Source: a virus. Taken from it: a stretch of 41,300 nt of DNA. Within the stretch, counting starts at the first letter, position 1, and every line of letters begins with the position of its first letter. The stretch lies in IMG/VR virus record IMGVR_UViG_3300037474_000096. One strand, written 5' to 3'. The notes under the pieces are model-generated. The model saw only the letters and a list, made by a program, of their open reading frames with translations, was not told the DNA's origin and did no database searches. Shown here in pieces: positions 1 to 8,066 of the stretch. A program made the translations under genes and the position numbers.

Positions 1-127
1 GGCCTTGACCGGTCCGAGGGTCCGGGTTCACCCGATGCGGCGGGCGCGGTTTCTCCCACCGCAGGATTCGCCGCTGGCCGTGGTCTAGCTCGGCCACTGG
101 GGCACCTCTCCGTCGGCCAGCGGACGG
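1..127. repeat. Terminal direct repeat, copy 1. Identical to 41174-41300, consistent with circular-contig overlap or terminal redundancy
   Basis: Both window ends read ggccttgaccggtccgagggtccgggttcacccgatgcgg...ccgtcggccagcggacgg with no mismatch seen. Unique length is 41173 bp. Confidence 0.95.
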
Positions 128-270
128 GCCACCTCGTTCACCGTGAGAGTGAAGCACTGGCCATCAGTCTCGATGGTGATCAGGTTTGCCTCCCAACCCA
201 CGTCCAGCCCCTGCTTCTCCAGACCGTCCGCGATCCGCTCCGTCATCTCCAACACCACCTCGCTGGTCAC
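85..270 (-). CDS. Hypothetical protein, 61 aa
   Basis: ORF 85..429 trimmed to the GTG at 270, which forms a GTGA overlap with the stop of 267..554. Its stop overlaps the GTG start of the gene that continues at 41270 across the junction. Confidence 0.6.
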   Translation of the reverse strand: MTSEVVLEMTERIADGLEKQGLDVGWEANLITIETDGQCFTLTVNEVARPLADGEVPQWPS

Positions 271-554
271 AGGTTCACCCCCATGCTCAGCAGTTGCGCG
301 TACGCCGGCGCGGTGAGGCCGGCGCGGTACGCCTGCGTGCACGCGTGCTCGTCCACGCACAGCGAGATGCGCAGACCCTCGATGAAGTTGAGCCGGCGGG
401 GACGGTCCTGCGCGCCGCAGGCGCTGCACGGGCTGGCCGGCGTGTCGCTGGGAGGCGCGAGCATGGTCCCCGCCGCCCGGGCGCGCTCGCGCGCGATGAA
501 CGCGGCTTCGGTGTAGGGGCGCGGCTGGATCCGCCGGGGCAGTTCGAAGTTCAT
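267..554 (-). CDS. Hypothetical Cys/His-containing protein, 95 aa (possible zinc ribbon)
   Basis: ATG at 554 sits in an ATGA overlap with the upstream stop. The protein carries the pattern SPCSACG...SLCVDEHAC. Confidence 0.6.
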   Translation of the reverse strand: MNFELPRRIQPRPYTEAAFIARERARAAGTMLAPPSDTPASPCSACGAQDRPRRLNFIEGLRISLCVDEHACTQAYRAGLTAPAYAQLLSMGVNL

Positions 555-883
555 GCCTGGCCGTCGATTCGCGCCCAGTGGCCGGCGGCGTTCAAGTTCC
601 ACGTCTCGTGCACCCACGCGTAGTCGGGATCGTCGACGGCCGGGTTCGTGTTGTCGCCCTGGCGGAAGATCGGGACCAACTGATCGCTGCTGATCTGCCA
701 CCAGGCCGGGCCGTTCATGAGCGCGTCCGCCTCAGCGTCGGACCATGCGGGCAGCAGGATCGCCCAGCGCTCGTCCTGCACCACCTGGCCGGCCTCGTCC
801 GGTCCGTGGTAGGTGACGTACGCCCGCACGTTCTCGATGCAGGTCTGCTGGCCGCGCGGGCACTCGATGATGGTGTTTGCCAT
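551..883 (-). CDS. Hypothetical protein, 110 aa
   Basis: ATG at 883 is preceded by GGAG about 10 nt upstream. The alternative ATG at 898 has no RBS. Confidence 0.6.
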   Translation of the reverse strand: MANTIIECPRGQQTCIENVRAYVTYHGPDEAGQVVQDERWAILLPAWSDAEADALMNGPAWWQISSDQLVPIFRQGDNTNPAVDDPDYAWVHETWNLNAAGHWARIDGQA

Positions 884-914
884 GTGCTGATTCTCCATTC
901 ATGTCGGATCAAAG

Positions 915-983
915 GAAAGCCCCCGAAGCGAACACAGGCAGTGGTCCGCTACCTGTGGGGATCAATTCGCGTCGGGGGCTTTC
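915..983 (-). terminator. Long compound hairpin followed by a T-rich tract on the minus strand. Probable terminator after the 1069..1749 gene
   Basis: GAAAGCCCCCGAAGCGAA (915-932) pairs with TTCGCGTCGGGGGCTTTC (966-983), 18 bp with 1 mismatch. An inner 6-bp stem is cacagg/cctgtg. The minus strand then reads CTTTCCTTTGAT. Confidence 0.45.
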
Positions 984-1068
984 GTGCTGACCGGTCTCGC
1001 AGGGAAAGGAGGCGAACCCTGCGATCCGTCGTGCCCGGCCAGCGGGATGAAGCTAGGCGGCTAGGGGA

Positions 1069-1749
1069 CTAGCCCACGAAGCGGGCCTGCCAGAGCCACG
1101 GGTCGGTGGTGGCCGGCCCGGTGCGCCGCACCCGGTGAACCTCCAGCACTCGGTCGATCATGGCCTCGTCGGACGTGATCTTGCCGTCCATCCGGATCGC
1201 GTCCAGCACCGCCAGACGGGCGGACGCCACCGGCTCACCCGGGCGGTGACCCTTCGGGGCCTTGGCCGACCCGCTGATGAACCATGACCGCCGGCCGTCG
1301 TCGCCCTCGATCTGCGGGTCACGTTCGTCGGTCTGGCCGCTGATGACCAGGTTCATCACCTTGTCGTTCGGCTTGCCGGTCCGCAGGTCGATCGGGGCCA
1401 GCCCCGGCCGGCGCTTGCCCGTGGACGGGTCCGTCTCCCAGTACTGCTTCAGCCGGGACACCCGGTCCGGGGCCTGCGTCGGGTGGCAGGTGCTGTGCAC
1501 GTCCTTCGGCCTGGCCGTGATGGTCAGCCGGATCTTGGTCCCCGGGGCGTGCGCCAGCGTGAACAGGCTAGGCAGCGTCTCGATGGTCCCACCGAACAGG
1601 CTCGACTGCTGCTCCGGCTCGGGGGCGTAGTCCGACGCCAGGGAAGACGCGGTGTCGGGCTGGCCGTACTGCTCCGCGCTGGAGTGCTCGCGGGTGGCGG
1701 TGGCCTGCGGGGCGGCGGCGGCAGCCCAGGGATCGTTCGCTTGCGTCAT
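1069..1749 (-). CDS. Hypothetical protein, 226 aa, with a low-complexity N-terminus
   Basis: ORF 1069..1836 trimmed to the ATG at 1749 (MTQANDPW...). GC3 is high. No family recognised. Confidence 0.65.
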   Translation of the reverse strand: MTQANDPWAAAAAPQATATREHSSAEQYGQPDTASSLASDYAPEPEQQSSLFGGTIETLPSLFTLAHAPGTKIRLTITARPKDVHSTCHPTQAPDRVSRLKQYWETDPSTGKRRPGLAPIDLRTGKPNDKVMNLVISGQTDERDPQIEGDDGRRSWFISGSAKAPKGHRPGEPVASARLAVLDAIRMDGKITSDEAMIDRVLEVHRVRRTGPATTDPWLWQARFVG

Positions 1750-1938
1750 GCGTGACTCTCGTTTCTGATCGTGGCGTTCGGTTCGATGATGCGGTACTGC
1801 GCGGGTAGTGGGGCGATCGAATCCCCTCGTTATCACGCTTCCCCCGGTTCGCAGGCCGGAGGATCACGATCAATAGCGCACCATGCTGGCTACCCTGCTC
1901 GCCCGGACTCGGGACGCGACTCCCTATCCGTACTCGCG

Positions 1939-2010
1939 TGGCACGTGCGGGACTCGAACCCGCAAATCCCTGGATACGATCCAAGGCCCCGGCCTGTCGG
2001 GATACCTGCC
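1939..2010 (-). tRNA. tRNA-like gene, best fold tRNA-Thr with anticodon CGU
   Basis: Minus strand reads GGCAGGTATCCCGACAGGCCGGGGCCTTGGATCGTATCCAGGGATTTGCGGGTTCGAGTCCCGCACGTGCCA. T arm is GCGGG-TTCGAGT-CCCGC. Acceptor is GGCAGGT/ACGTGCC with one G-G mismatch. Anticodon loop is ATCGTAT. Atypical points are A at position 8, a short D loop, and no encoded CCA. Confidence 0.55.
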
Positions 2011-2102
2011 ATGACTCGCGCGAAAGCCTTCCCCGGTCCAGCTCTCGCCTTCCGGACCTCCGCGCGAGTTTCGTGCATCAACCCCTCGAAGATTGCTGGT
2101 TC

Positions 2103-2135
2103 AGCCTACCCCAACAATCGTCAGGATGTCAACGG
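2103..2135 (-). promoter_or_regulatory. Sigma70-like promoter carrying the conserved box, reading toward the tRNA-like gene and the 1749 gene
   Basis: Minus strand reads cgTTGACAtcctgacgattgttggggTAGGCT (-35, 18 nt, -10). The box ATCGTCAGGATGTCAACGG lies at 2117-2135. Confidence 0.55.
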
Positions 2136-2549
2136 CTAGTTGGGGCGGGGGCCGAAGTGCTCCGTCACCGCTGAGGTGATCGAGTTCTCCGAGCAGTAGA
2201 ACAGCGGGAAGTTGACGTTCAGGCCGCTGTTCACCTCGATGTCCTCGACACCAAGCAGGTCCATCGCCACCTGATCGATCGAGCCGACGACCGCCCCGTC
2301 CGCGTTGATCGCGGTGTCGTGCTCAAGATCCATGCTCATGCCGGACAGCGCCACGGTCCAGCCGGCGAAGCACGCCGTCGTGCCGCACTCGTCCTCCAGA
2401 TCGGCCAGGGTGACTTTACTCTCCGCGCCGTCCAGGTAGTCCGCGTCCGGGTCGTACACCCACATGCCCATGTTGAACGCGGCACGGTGCTGCTCGATCG
2501 CGTCGATCACCCGCCACGCCAGATCCCCGTTACGGTCCTCGATCCCCAT
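2136..2549 (-). CDS. Hypothetical protein, member 1 of a 4-copy paralog family (CGTTACFAGW motif, C-terminal FGPRP)
   Basis: 137 aa, with the ATG sharing 1 nt with the upstream stop. Motifs are DECGTTACFAGW and ...EHFGPRPN-stop, shared with 3577..4212, 37057..37422 and 37724..38095. Confidence 0.7.
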   Translation of the reverse strand: MGIEDRNGDLAWRVIDAIEQHRAAFNMGMWVYDPDADYLDGAESKVTLADLEDECGTTACFAGWTVALSGMSMDLEHDTAINADGAVVGSIDQVAMDLLGVEDIEVNSGLNVNFPLFYCSENSITSAVTEHFGPRPN

Positions 2550-3520
2550 CAGATCCCCATCTCCAGTTCGTTGGTGGCATCCGGCCAGATGGCCTCACGG
2601 TGGGCGGCGACGGACTTGCCCTCGCTGCGTGCGTCGCAGACAGCGCGCGCCAGCTCCGCGTGCGCCAGCCCGACCCGCAGGTTGCAGCGGGACAGCTCCG
2701 GCGCGCCCCCATCCGCCGGCATGCGCATGATCACGCCCCAGTCCTGCGAGACGTGGAACTTCGGGCCGGGCACGTACGTGTCGCAGGCCAGCATGTACTC
2801 AGCGGTGGCATAGACGGCCAACTGAATGCGCGCCTCCAGCCAGCTCCAGAACGCGCGTTTCTTCGTCTTCAGGTCCGCCATCAGCAGGGTTCCCTTCCTG
2901 ATGATGCCGCCCTCCGACGCGCTGAACGGGATGTCGCGGGTGGTGATCAGGACGTCATCGAAGCGGCCGGCGGCGCGCAGGTGTACGTTGCGCACGGTGC
3001 GCTCCTGTAGCCCGGGCACCCGCGCCAGACCCTTGCGCTCCAGCAACTCATTGAGCGCCTGGATCTGCGCGTTGATCTGAGGCGTGCCGAACAGCGAGGA
3101 CTCGTCACGCCCCACCGCCGCTTCCCACACGTCGTGTCGGTTCGTGCCGGCCTGCGCCGCCGCGTTCCCGCCGGCGGTCTGCTTCGCCTCTTTGTGGATC
3201 AGCTCCAGCTCCGCCGCCAGATCCTTGTAGGTGTGGCGCTCGTTGAAGTCCGCACCCTCGGCCAGCGCCTTGCGAGTGGCGAACGACAGGCGCTCCACCA
3301 GGTCGGGGCGCAGGGCCAGCCCGATCTGCGAACGCTCGCGATCCCAGATCCCGAGTTGCCTGCTCTCCACGATCGCGCCCGCCAGGTTGGTGGCGGACTG
3401 GACACCACGCGGCACCCAGTCCCCACCGGACTTCGGGCCGGACTCGCCCGGAAGCAGGGGCATCTTGTAGCGGCCGAGGTGGTCGATACGCACGCCCATC
3501 GGGGCGTTTGCCATCGACAC
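2549..3520 (-). CDS. Putative PD-(D/E)xK family exonuclease (YqaJ/RecE/RecB-like)
   Basis: ORF 2549..3853 trimmed to the GTG at 3520 (GAGGAG 9 nt upstream) or the ATG at 3514. Candidate motifs are GRFDDVLI and LMADLKTKK. The family call is from motif memory only. Confidence 0.55.
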   Translation of the reverse strand: MSMANAPMGVRIDHLGRYKMPLLPGESGPKSGGDWVPRGVQSATNLAGAIVESRQLGIWDRERSQIGLALRPDLVERLSFATRKALAEGADFNERHTYKDLAAELELIHKEAKQTAGGNAAAQAGTNRHDVWEAAVGRDESSLFGTPQINAQIQALNELLERKGLARVPGLQERTVRNVHLRAAGRFDDVLITTRDIPFSASEGGIIRKGTLLMADLKTKKRAFWSWLEARIQLAVYATAEYMLACDTYVPGPKFHVSQDWGVIMRMPADGGAPELSRCNLRVGLAHAELARAVCDARSEGKSVAAHREAIWPDATNELEMGI

Positions 3521-3576
3521 TCTAGCCTGCTCCTCGGACGGATCGTCGCCGGCGTCGCTGCGGAAGAACAGACTAC

Positions 3577-4212
3577 TCACGCGACGTACTCCGGGGTCTC
3601 GCGCGGACCGTAGATCGTGGTGACCAGCCAGCCCAGATCCGCCCGGGTGTTGCTGGCCGCGAACAGCTCGCCGGCCAGGAACTCCGACACGTCCAGCAAC
3701 TCCCTCGCACGCTCCGACACGTAGCGCGGACCAGCCGGCGTGTCCACCATCAGGCCACGGCCGCTCTCCGGGATGTCCCCGGAGAGCAGGCTCGCCCATC
3801 CCGCGAAGCAGGCCACCGTGCCGCAGTTGTCCAGCCAGACACCCTGCTCCCACGACTGCGGGTCCGCGTCGATGTGATCGAGCACCTGGTACGCCAGGGT
3901 CTTGGCGGACGGGTGGGGGTTCGCGTTCCTGGCCGTGCGCTCCACCAGCTCACGCGCGGACTGCATATCGTACGCGTCGCACTCGGCCCACTCAGTGGTC
4001 CGGAAGTAGCCGTAGCCCAGCTCCCAGTTGAGCACCTCGACACCCAGCGCGGTCAGTCGACCGTCCTCGTGCAGGACCCCGCGCCGGCGCAGCGCGGCCA
4101 GCGTGCGCTCGCCACCCTCCAGCACGTTGAAGCATCCGTAGTAACTGCCACGGATCGCGTCCAGCATGGGCTCGCTGAGTGTTTTGTGGAGTTTCTTGAT
4201 CTCGTCTCGCAT
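3577..4212 (-). CDS. Two-domain hypothetical protein: N-terminal LRRRG-type small module fused to the CGT..CFAGW paralog domain
   Basis: The start is ambiguous among 4212, 4221 and 4236. 4212 was chosen because AAGGGAGGGG lies upstream. The C-terminal half reads LAYQVLDHIDADPQSWEQGVWLDNCGTVACFAGW...IYGPRETP. Confidence 0.65.
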   Translation of the reverse strand: MRDEIKKLHKTLSEPMLDAIRGSYYGCFNVLEGGERTLAALRRRGVLHEDGRLTALGVEVLNWELGYGYFRTTEWAECDAYDMQSARELVERTARNANPHPSAKTLAYQVLDHIDADPQSWEQGVWLDNCGTVACFAGWASLLSGDIPESGRGLMVDTPAGPRYVSERARELLDVSEFLAGELFAASNTRADLGWLVTTIYGPRETPEYVA

Positions 4213-4242
4213 GATCCCCATCCCCTCCCTTGTCATCGTTAA

Positions 4243-4470
4243 CTACTCGTTCAGTCTACGCACTGCCCGCGTCTTGTCAAGGTGGTCCGCGTAGGCCATC
4301 CCCGCACGATCGTGCTCATCGACGCGCGCGCACGAGCGCCACACGTTCGTGCCGGCGGCCAGCGTCTCCGGCGACATGTCGCACCTGACGTAGTGGTCGG
4401 TCAGCGCGCCGACGTTGTATGCCAGCTCTCGCCCGATCGACGCGCTCAGCTTCGCTTCCCAGTCCGTCAT
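4243..4470 (-). CDS. Hypothetical protein, 75 aa
   Basis: Complete ORF with an ATG at 4470 in an ATGA-type overlap with the helicase stop (4467). GC3 is high. Confidence 0.65.
   Translation of the reverse strand: MTDWEAKLSASIGRELAYNVGALTDHYVRCDMSPETLAAGTNVWRSCARVDEHDRAGMAYADHLDKTRAVRRLNE
4253..4280 (-). promoter_or_regulatory. Sigma70-like promoter embedded in the 3-prime end of the 4243..4470 gene
   Basis: Minus strand reads TTGACA (4280-4275), a 16-nt spacer, then TAGACT (4258-4253). It precedes the RBS and start of the 3577..4212 gene. Confidence 0.5.
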
Positions 4471-6242
4471 GCGTTCACCTCTGCCGTCATCATGGCCTTC
4501 ACCTGCGCCACCAGCGGATCGATCCGGTTCGCGGCAGCGCGTGCGTCGATCGCCTCGCTGAGTTCACCTTTCGACATTCGTAGAATGTCTGTCTCGCTGA
4601 TCCCCCACCCTCTGGCCGCCCCGACCTGCGCGGCGGTGGGCGCGCCGTTGCGCCACGTGGACTTGCGCCCGGTCAGGGTCTTACTGCCGTGACCGCCCAG
4701 CTCTGTCGCCACTTCCTCGCCCCAGGACAACGCCAGCTCCAGCGGCAGCGCGGTGTGCCCGGTGCCACGCTGGAATGCCTCGATGCGCTGGCCGGTACGC
4801 CGGTCCGTGTAGGCGGTGCGGCGCTGCGAGCAGGTCACCACGTCGTACGTGCCGGGATCCCCGGCCAGGGACTCGCACAGGAAGACGTAACCGGAGCCGG
4901 CGTTGATGAAGTAGTGACCGCCGGCGGTGCGTCCCCATACCTTGTCACGGCCGAGAGGATCGAACGCCCGGGTCTCCACCGGGCCGGCATAGGCGGGGGA
5001 CTCGAAGGTGATAGGCCCGTCGCCTAGCGCTTCCTCCAGCTCCTCATCGAAGATCAGAACCTCATCGTCCAGATCATCCTTCGGTGGCGCTTCGGGAGAG
5101 AGGTCCAGCAGGGCGCGCAGGTCATGCTTCGCGCCGGCCCCGGTGACGTCCAGGATCAGCGCCTTGCCGCGCTGCTCCGGCGGCAGCTCCAAGTTCGGGC
5201 GCAACACGCGCCCCACCATCTGCTGATACAACGGCGCGCTGCGGGTCGGGCGCGCGATCACCACGACATCAGCGGTGGGCTCATCGAATCCCTCGGTGAG
5301 CACCATGGCGTTGTGCATGACGTCGATGGCCTCGCTGTGGGTCAGCGGCAAGTGGAAGCGCTGAAGCAGCTCGCGCCGCAACCGCTTGTCCAGCCCGCCG
5401 TGCACCACGCCGGAACGGATCCCGATCTCATCGAACGCCCGCGCGCCGTGATACGAGGTCTCCACCAGCGGCCAGAACGCGATCCCACGCCGCACCGTTG
5501 ACCACGGGCCAGGGCAGTCGTCAGGGTCCTTGAAGCCAGCAAGGCGCGCGTATTCCTTCGCGATGATCTCCGGAGCGAACGTGCGCTCCAGCTCCTCAGC
5601 GACGTCGCCCTCCGCGTAGTCACCGCCGCGCACGCGGATGTTGCTGAAATCCAGATCCGGCACGATGATCTGCTCACCGGTGACGTCCAGCAGGTAGCCG
5701 TTGCGGATGCCGAACGTGATGTCCCGGACGAACGTGCAGTCCTGCCACACGCTGCTCAGCTTCGCCTTGTCGCTGCGTGCCAGCGTCGCGGTGACACCCA
5801 GCACGAAGACCGGGTGCTTGTCCTCGAAGTGCTCCAAGATCTTGCCGTAGGTGTTCGTCGCGGTGGCGTGGTGGCACTCGTCAATGACGATCAAACCGAC
5901 GAACCGCAACTGCTCCCGCCGCCTGGCCGTGGCCAAGGTCTGCCGCGAGCTGACCACGATCTCTGCCAGAACCTCGTTCTGGCCAGCCTTGACCACCCCG
6001 ACACTGCGGTCCGGAGCAATCTGCTTGATCCGGGTCACTGCCTGCTGGATCAGTTCGTCGGTGTGCGCCAGCACGAGCGCACGCTGGCCGGGGTGCTGGC
6101 TCAGCCACTGATCCACATAGCTGGCGAAGATCTGCGTCTTGCCCAGCCCCGTGGCCAGCACGATGGGCACCCGGGTGTCGCCGGCCAGGCGGCGGCGCTC
6201 GACATCCGCGATCGCCGCTACCTGATAGTCGCGCAGCTTCAT
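4467..6242 (-). CDS. SF2 DEAD/DEAH-box (DExH) DNA helicase
   Basis: ORF trimmed to the ATG at 6242 (ATGA overlap). Motifs are DYQ, LATGLGKT (Walker A), VIDECHHA (motif II), GVTATL and QQMVGRVLR. Confidence 0.85.
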   Translation of the reverse strand: MKLRDYQVAAIADVERRRLAGDTRVPIVLATGLGKTQIFASYVDQWLSQHPGQRALVLAHTDELIQQAVTRIKQIAPDRSVGVVKAGQNEVLAEIVVSSRQTLATARRREQLRFVGLIVIDECHHATATNTYGKILEHFEDKHPVFVLGVTATLARSDKAKLSSVWQDCTFVRDITFGIRNGYLLDVTGEQIIVPDLDFSNIRVRGGDYAEGDVAEELERTFAPEIIAKEYARLAGFKDPDDCPGPWSTVRRGIAFWPLVETSYHGARAFDEIGIRSGVVHGGLDKRLRRELLQRFHLPLTHSEAIDVMHNAMVLTEGFDEPTADVVVIARPTRSAPLYQQMVGRVLRPNLELPPEQRGKALILDVTGAGAKHDLRALLDLSPEAPPKDDLDDEVLIFDEELEEALGDGPITFESPAYAGPVETRAFDPLGRDKVWGRTAGGHYFINAGSGYVFLCESLAGDPGTYDVVTCSQRRTAYTDRRTGQRIEAFQRGTGHTALPLELALSWGEEVATELGGHGSKTLTGRKSTWRNGAPTAAQVGAARGWGISETDILRMSKGELSEAIDARAAANRIDPLVAQVKAMMTAEVNA

Positions 6243-6535
6243 CGCTTGCCACCCACGTACTTCGCGTAGACCTCGGTGGTGCCGCGCATGGTGGCACGGA
6301 AGGCTCCGGCCGGCTCGAAGCACTTCAGCTTCGCCCCATTGACGGCAGTCAAGATGCCGCACGCCTGCGCGTAGGTGCCCTCAAAGATGACGGCGTAGGT
6401 GCCGGCCTCGCCCTTGAGCTGACTGGCTACCGCGTCCCACTGTGACGACTTCGGACGCCGGACGAGAGGTTCAGCGTTCGCGCGCGGGGGCGGGGGGTTG
6501 GCCCATCGCAAGACCTGGCGCGGAGCGTACGGCAT
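6239..6535 (-). CDS. Hypothetical protein, 98 aa, paralog of 40917..41270
   Basis: ATG at 6535 with GGGAG 7 nt upstream. It shares LRW..PPPP...SQWDAVA...IFEG...AV NG...C..PAGAF...VYAKY(V/I)G with the 40917..41270 product. Confidence 0.7.
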   Translation of the reverse strand: MPYAPRQVLRWANPPPPRANAEPLVRRPKSSQWDAVASQLKGEAGTYAVIFEGTYAQACGILTAVNGAKLKCFEPAGAFRATMRGTTEVYAKYVGGKR

Positions 6536-6551
6536 GATCGATCTCCCATCA

Positions 6552-6571
6552 ATCGTCAAGTACTTAACGAG
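6552..6571. promoter_or_regulatory. Copy of the conserved ATCGT-N10-ACGA box, with no clear -10 (operator-like)
   Basis: ATCGTCAAGTACTTAACGAG lies in the 40-bp gap between the 6576 stop and the 6535 start. Confidence 0.4.
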
Positions 6572-6575
6572 TGTA

Positions 6576-6986
6576 TCAGGACGAGGGCGGGAGGGGTAGT
6601 CCGTACTTCTCAGTGAGCGCCTGCGCCACGTCCTGCGGCCGGTAGCCCAGCGGCAAGGTGATCAGATCCTGGATCACCTCGTAGCGGATGCGCCGCTCCA
6701 TCCTGGTGATCAGCTCGTCCAGGCTCGGAGCGGCGTCGCCGGCCTCGTGCCCGGTGGTGGCCCGACGCAGGTAGGCGCGCACCGCCACACCGTCGGCGGT
6801 GAGGTGATCGGAGCTGTTAGTCAGACCGCGCCGGCGCAGACTCAACAGCGTGCCCGGGTGGACGGTGGCGGCCAGGTAGCGCCCGATCCTCTCGCTGTTG
6901 TACTGATTCACCGACTCCCTGATGGCCGCCACCATGGGCGGGGTGAGACGCGTGATGATGCCCTCTACCTGCGTGCTGGTCAGCAT
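6576..6986 (-). CDS. Hypothetical protein with the LRRRG-type small module
   Basis: ATG at 6986 with GGGAG upstream. The segment LTPPMVAAIRES...TLLSLRRRGLTNSSDHLTADGVAV resembles the N-terminus of 3577..4212 and part of 11716..11979. Confidence 0.65.
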   Translation of the reverse strand: MLTSTQVEGIITRLTPPMVAAIRESVNQYNSERIGRYLAATVHPGTLLSLRRRGLTNSSDHLTADGVAVRAYLRRATTGHEAGDAAPSLDELITRMERRIRYEVIQDLITLPLGYRPQDVAQALTEKYGLPLPPSS

Positions 6987-7438
6987 GACGACTCCCGCCC
7001 CTTCCATCCGTCCTCACCGAAAGCCTCGATCGCGGCCAGCTCACGCGCTTCGAGCATGATCTCCACGTACGCGTCCGGGTTGATCTGGCGCACCTCGGGC
7101 CATCCCCTTGCGCGCACCGCCAGGTACTCGTGCTCCAGCGGGACGGGCGAGTACTTCGAGCCGCGCGGATCCACGTGCCACCGCTGCAGAGCGATCGTCT
7201 CAATGGTCACCTCGGCATTGACGACCGCCGGCGGGCGCACGACATCGCCAGCCCGCACGTCGCGCCAGGTCCGCAGCACCCAGACGAACTCGTTCTCGCC
7301 GGCCGCTTGGCGCTCGCGCTCCGCCAGTAGGGCATCAAGCGCGTTAGTCAGGTCAGTCTCCTCGGGTCCACACCAGCGCGCCGACGGCGCGTGCCACCTC
7401 AGCGCTGCGTCGATGACTGCCCGCTCAGCCGGGGTCAC
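6980..7438 (-). CDS. Hypothetical protein, 152 aa, tandem paralog set (AVIDAAL-WH N-terminal module)
   Basis: GTG start overlaps the upstream stop. The N-terminus is MTPAERAVIDAALRWH. Confidence 0.65.
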   Translation of the reverse strand: MTPAERAVIDAALRWHAPSARWCGPEETDLTNALDALLAERERQAAGENEFVWVLRTWRDVRAGDVVRPPAVVNAEVTIETIALQRWHVDPRGSKYSPVPLEHEYLAVRARGWPEVRQINPDAYVEIMLEARELAAIEAFGEDGWKGRESSC

Positions 7439-7728
7439 GACCGAAACTCCTCTCGCACCTTGATCAGGGCGTGGACGGCATTCTGAAGCGCAACGAAGCT
7501 AAGCGCGCTGCCGTCCTTGCGCTGCTCGATCGTGTGCACGAGAGCGATGGCCTCGAAGATGACCTCCTGCGTGGCGCGCGACATCCGCGCCGCGCGCTGC
7601 CGCTGCTGCTCCCGCCGCTCATCGGCCAGGGTGCTGATGGCGGCGGCCAGCGCGCTGATGCTGCGCTCCGTCTCCTCGCCCGCATGCTTCAGCGCCGCAT
7701 CGATGACCGCCTGCTCGGCCGGGGTCAC
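7435..7728 (-). CDS. Hypothetical protein, 97 aa, tandem paralog set
   Basis: GTG at 7728 in a GTGA overlap. The N-terminus is VTPAEQAVIDAALKH. Confidence 0.6.
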   Translation of the reverse strand: MTPAEQAVIDAALKHAGEETERSISALAAAISTLADERREQQRQRAARMSRATQEVIFEAIALVHTIEQRKDGSALSFVALQNAVHALIKVREEFRS

Positions 7729-8060
7729 GGCTTGACCTCGCTCAGGGTCTGGAGGACCGCGACGGCAGCGCGCAGGCCGGACATTTCCTCCAGCGCAACG
7801 GCGCGGATGGTGCCGCGCTCGGCCTTGGTCAGGAAGTGCGCCAGCTCCGTGGCCGCTTCGAGCACCTGGCGCTGCGCGCCAGCGATCCGCTCCGCACGCT
7901 GCTCGGCCAGGCGGCGCTGCTCCGTCCGCAGTGCGGTGCAGGCCATGTGCAGGCGCGCTACGGCGTCGGCGCGGAGGTCGTTCACGTGCCACGCCAGGGC
8001 GGCATCGACGATGGCGCTCCGCAAGCTCTCCATGGAATCGTTGACATCTCGTTGAGTCAT
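7725..8060 (-). CDS. Hypothetical protein, 111 aa, first gene of the leftward arm
   Basis: ATG at 8060, apparently leaderless. It contains SAIVDAALAWH, and codons 2-8 are encoded by a copy of the conserved box. Confidence 0.6.
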   Translation of the reverse strand: MTQRDVNDSMESLRSAIVDAALAWHVNDLRADAVARLHMACTALRTEQRRLAEQRAERIAGAQRQVLEAATELAHFLTKAERGTIRAVALEEMSGLRAAVAVLQTLSEVKP

Positions 8061-8066
8061 GAGAAG

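Noticed and set aside
1795-1900. Second tRNA suggested by a T-arm-like GGGGATTCGATCGCCCC and a GGGTAGC/ACTACCC acceptor-like pairing
   Set aside because: It would be 94 nt long with no foldable D arm, and the central hairpin has an 8-nt loop rather than a 7-nt anticodon loop. A cloverleaf cannot be supported.
1939-2010. The tRNA-like sequence as an attP core for tRNA-targeted integration
   Set aside because: No tyrosine or serine integrase, or any recombinase, is recognisable anywhere in the closed 41-kb unit. In addition, the full tRNA length is present rather than only a 3-prime half.
4233-4256. Weak resemblance to the conserved box (ATCGTTAACTACTCGTTCAG)
   Set aside because: Only the left arm matches. 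The adjacent TTGACA-16-TAGACT promoter explains the region without invoking a box.
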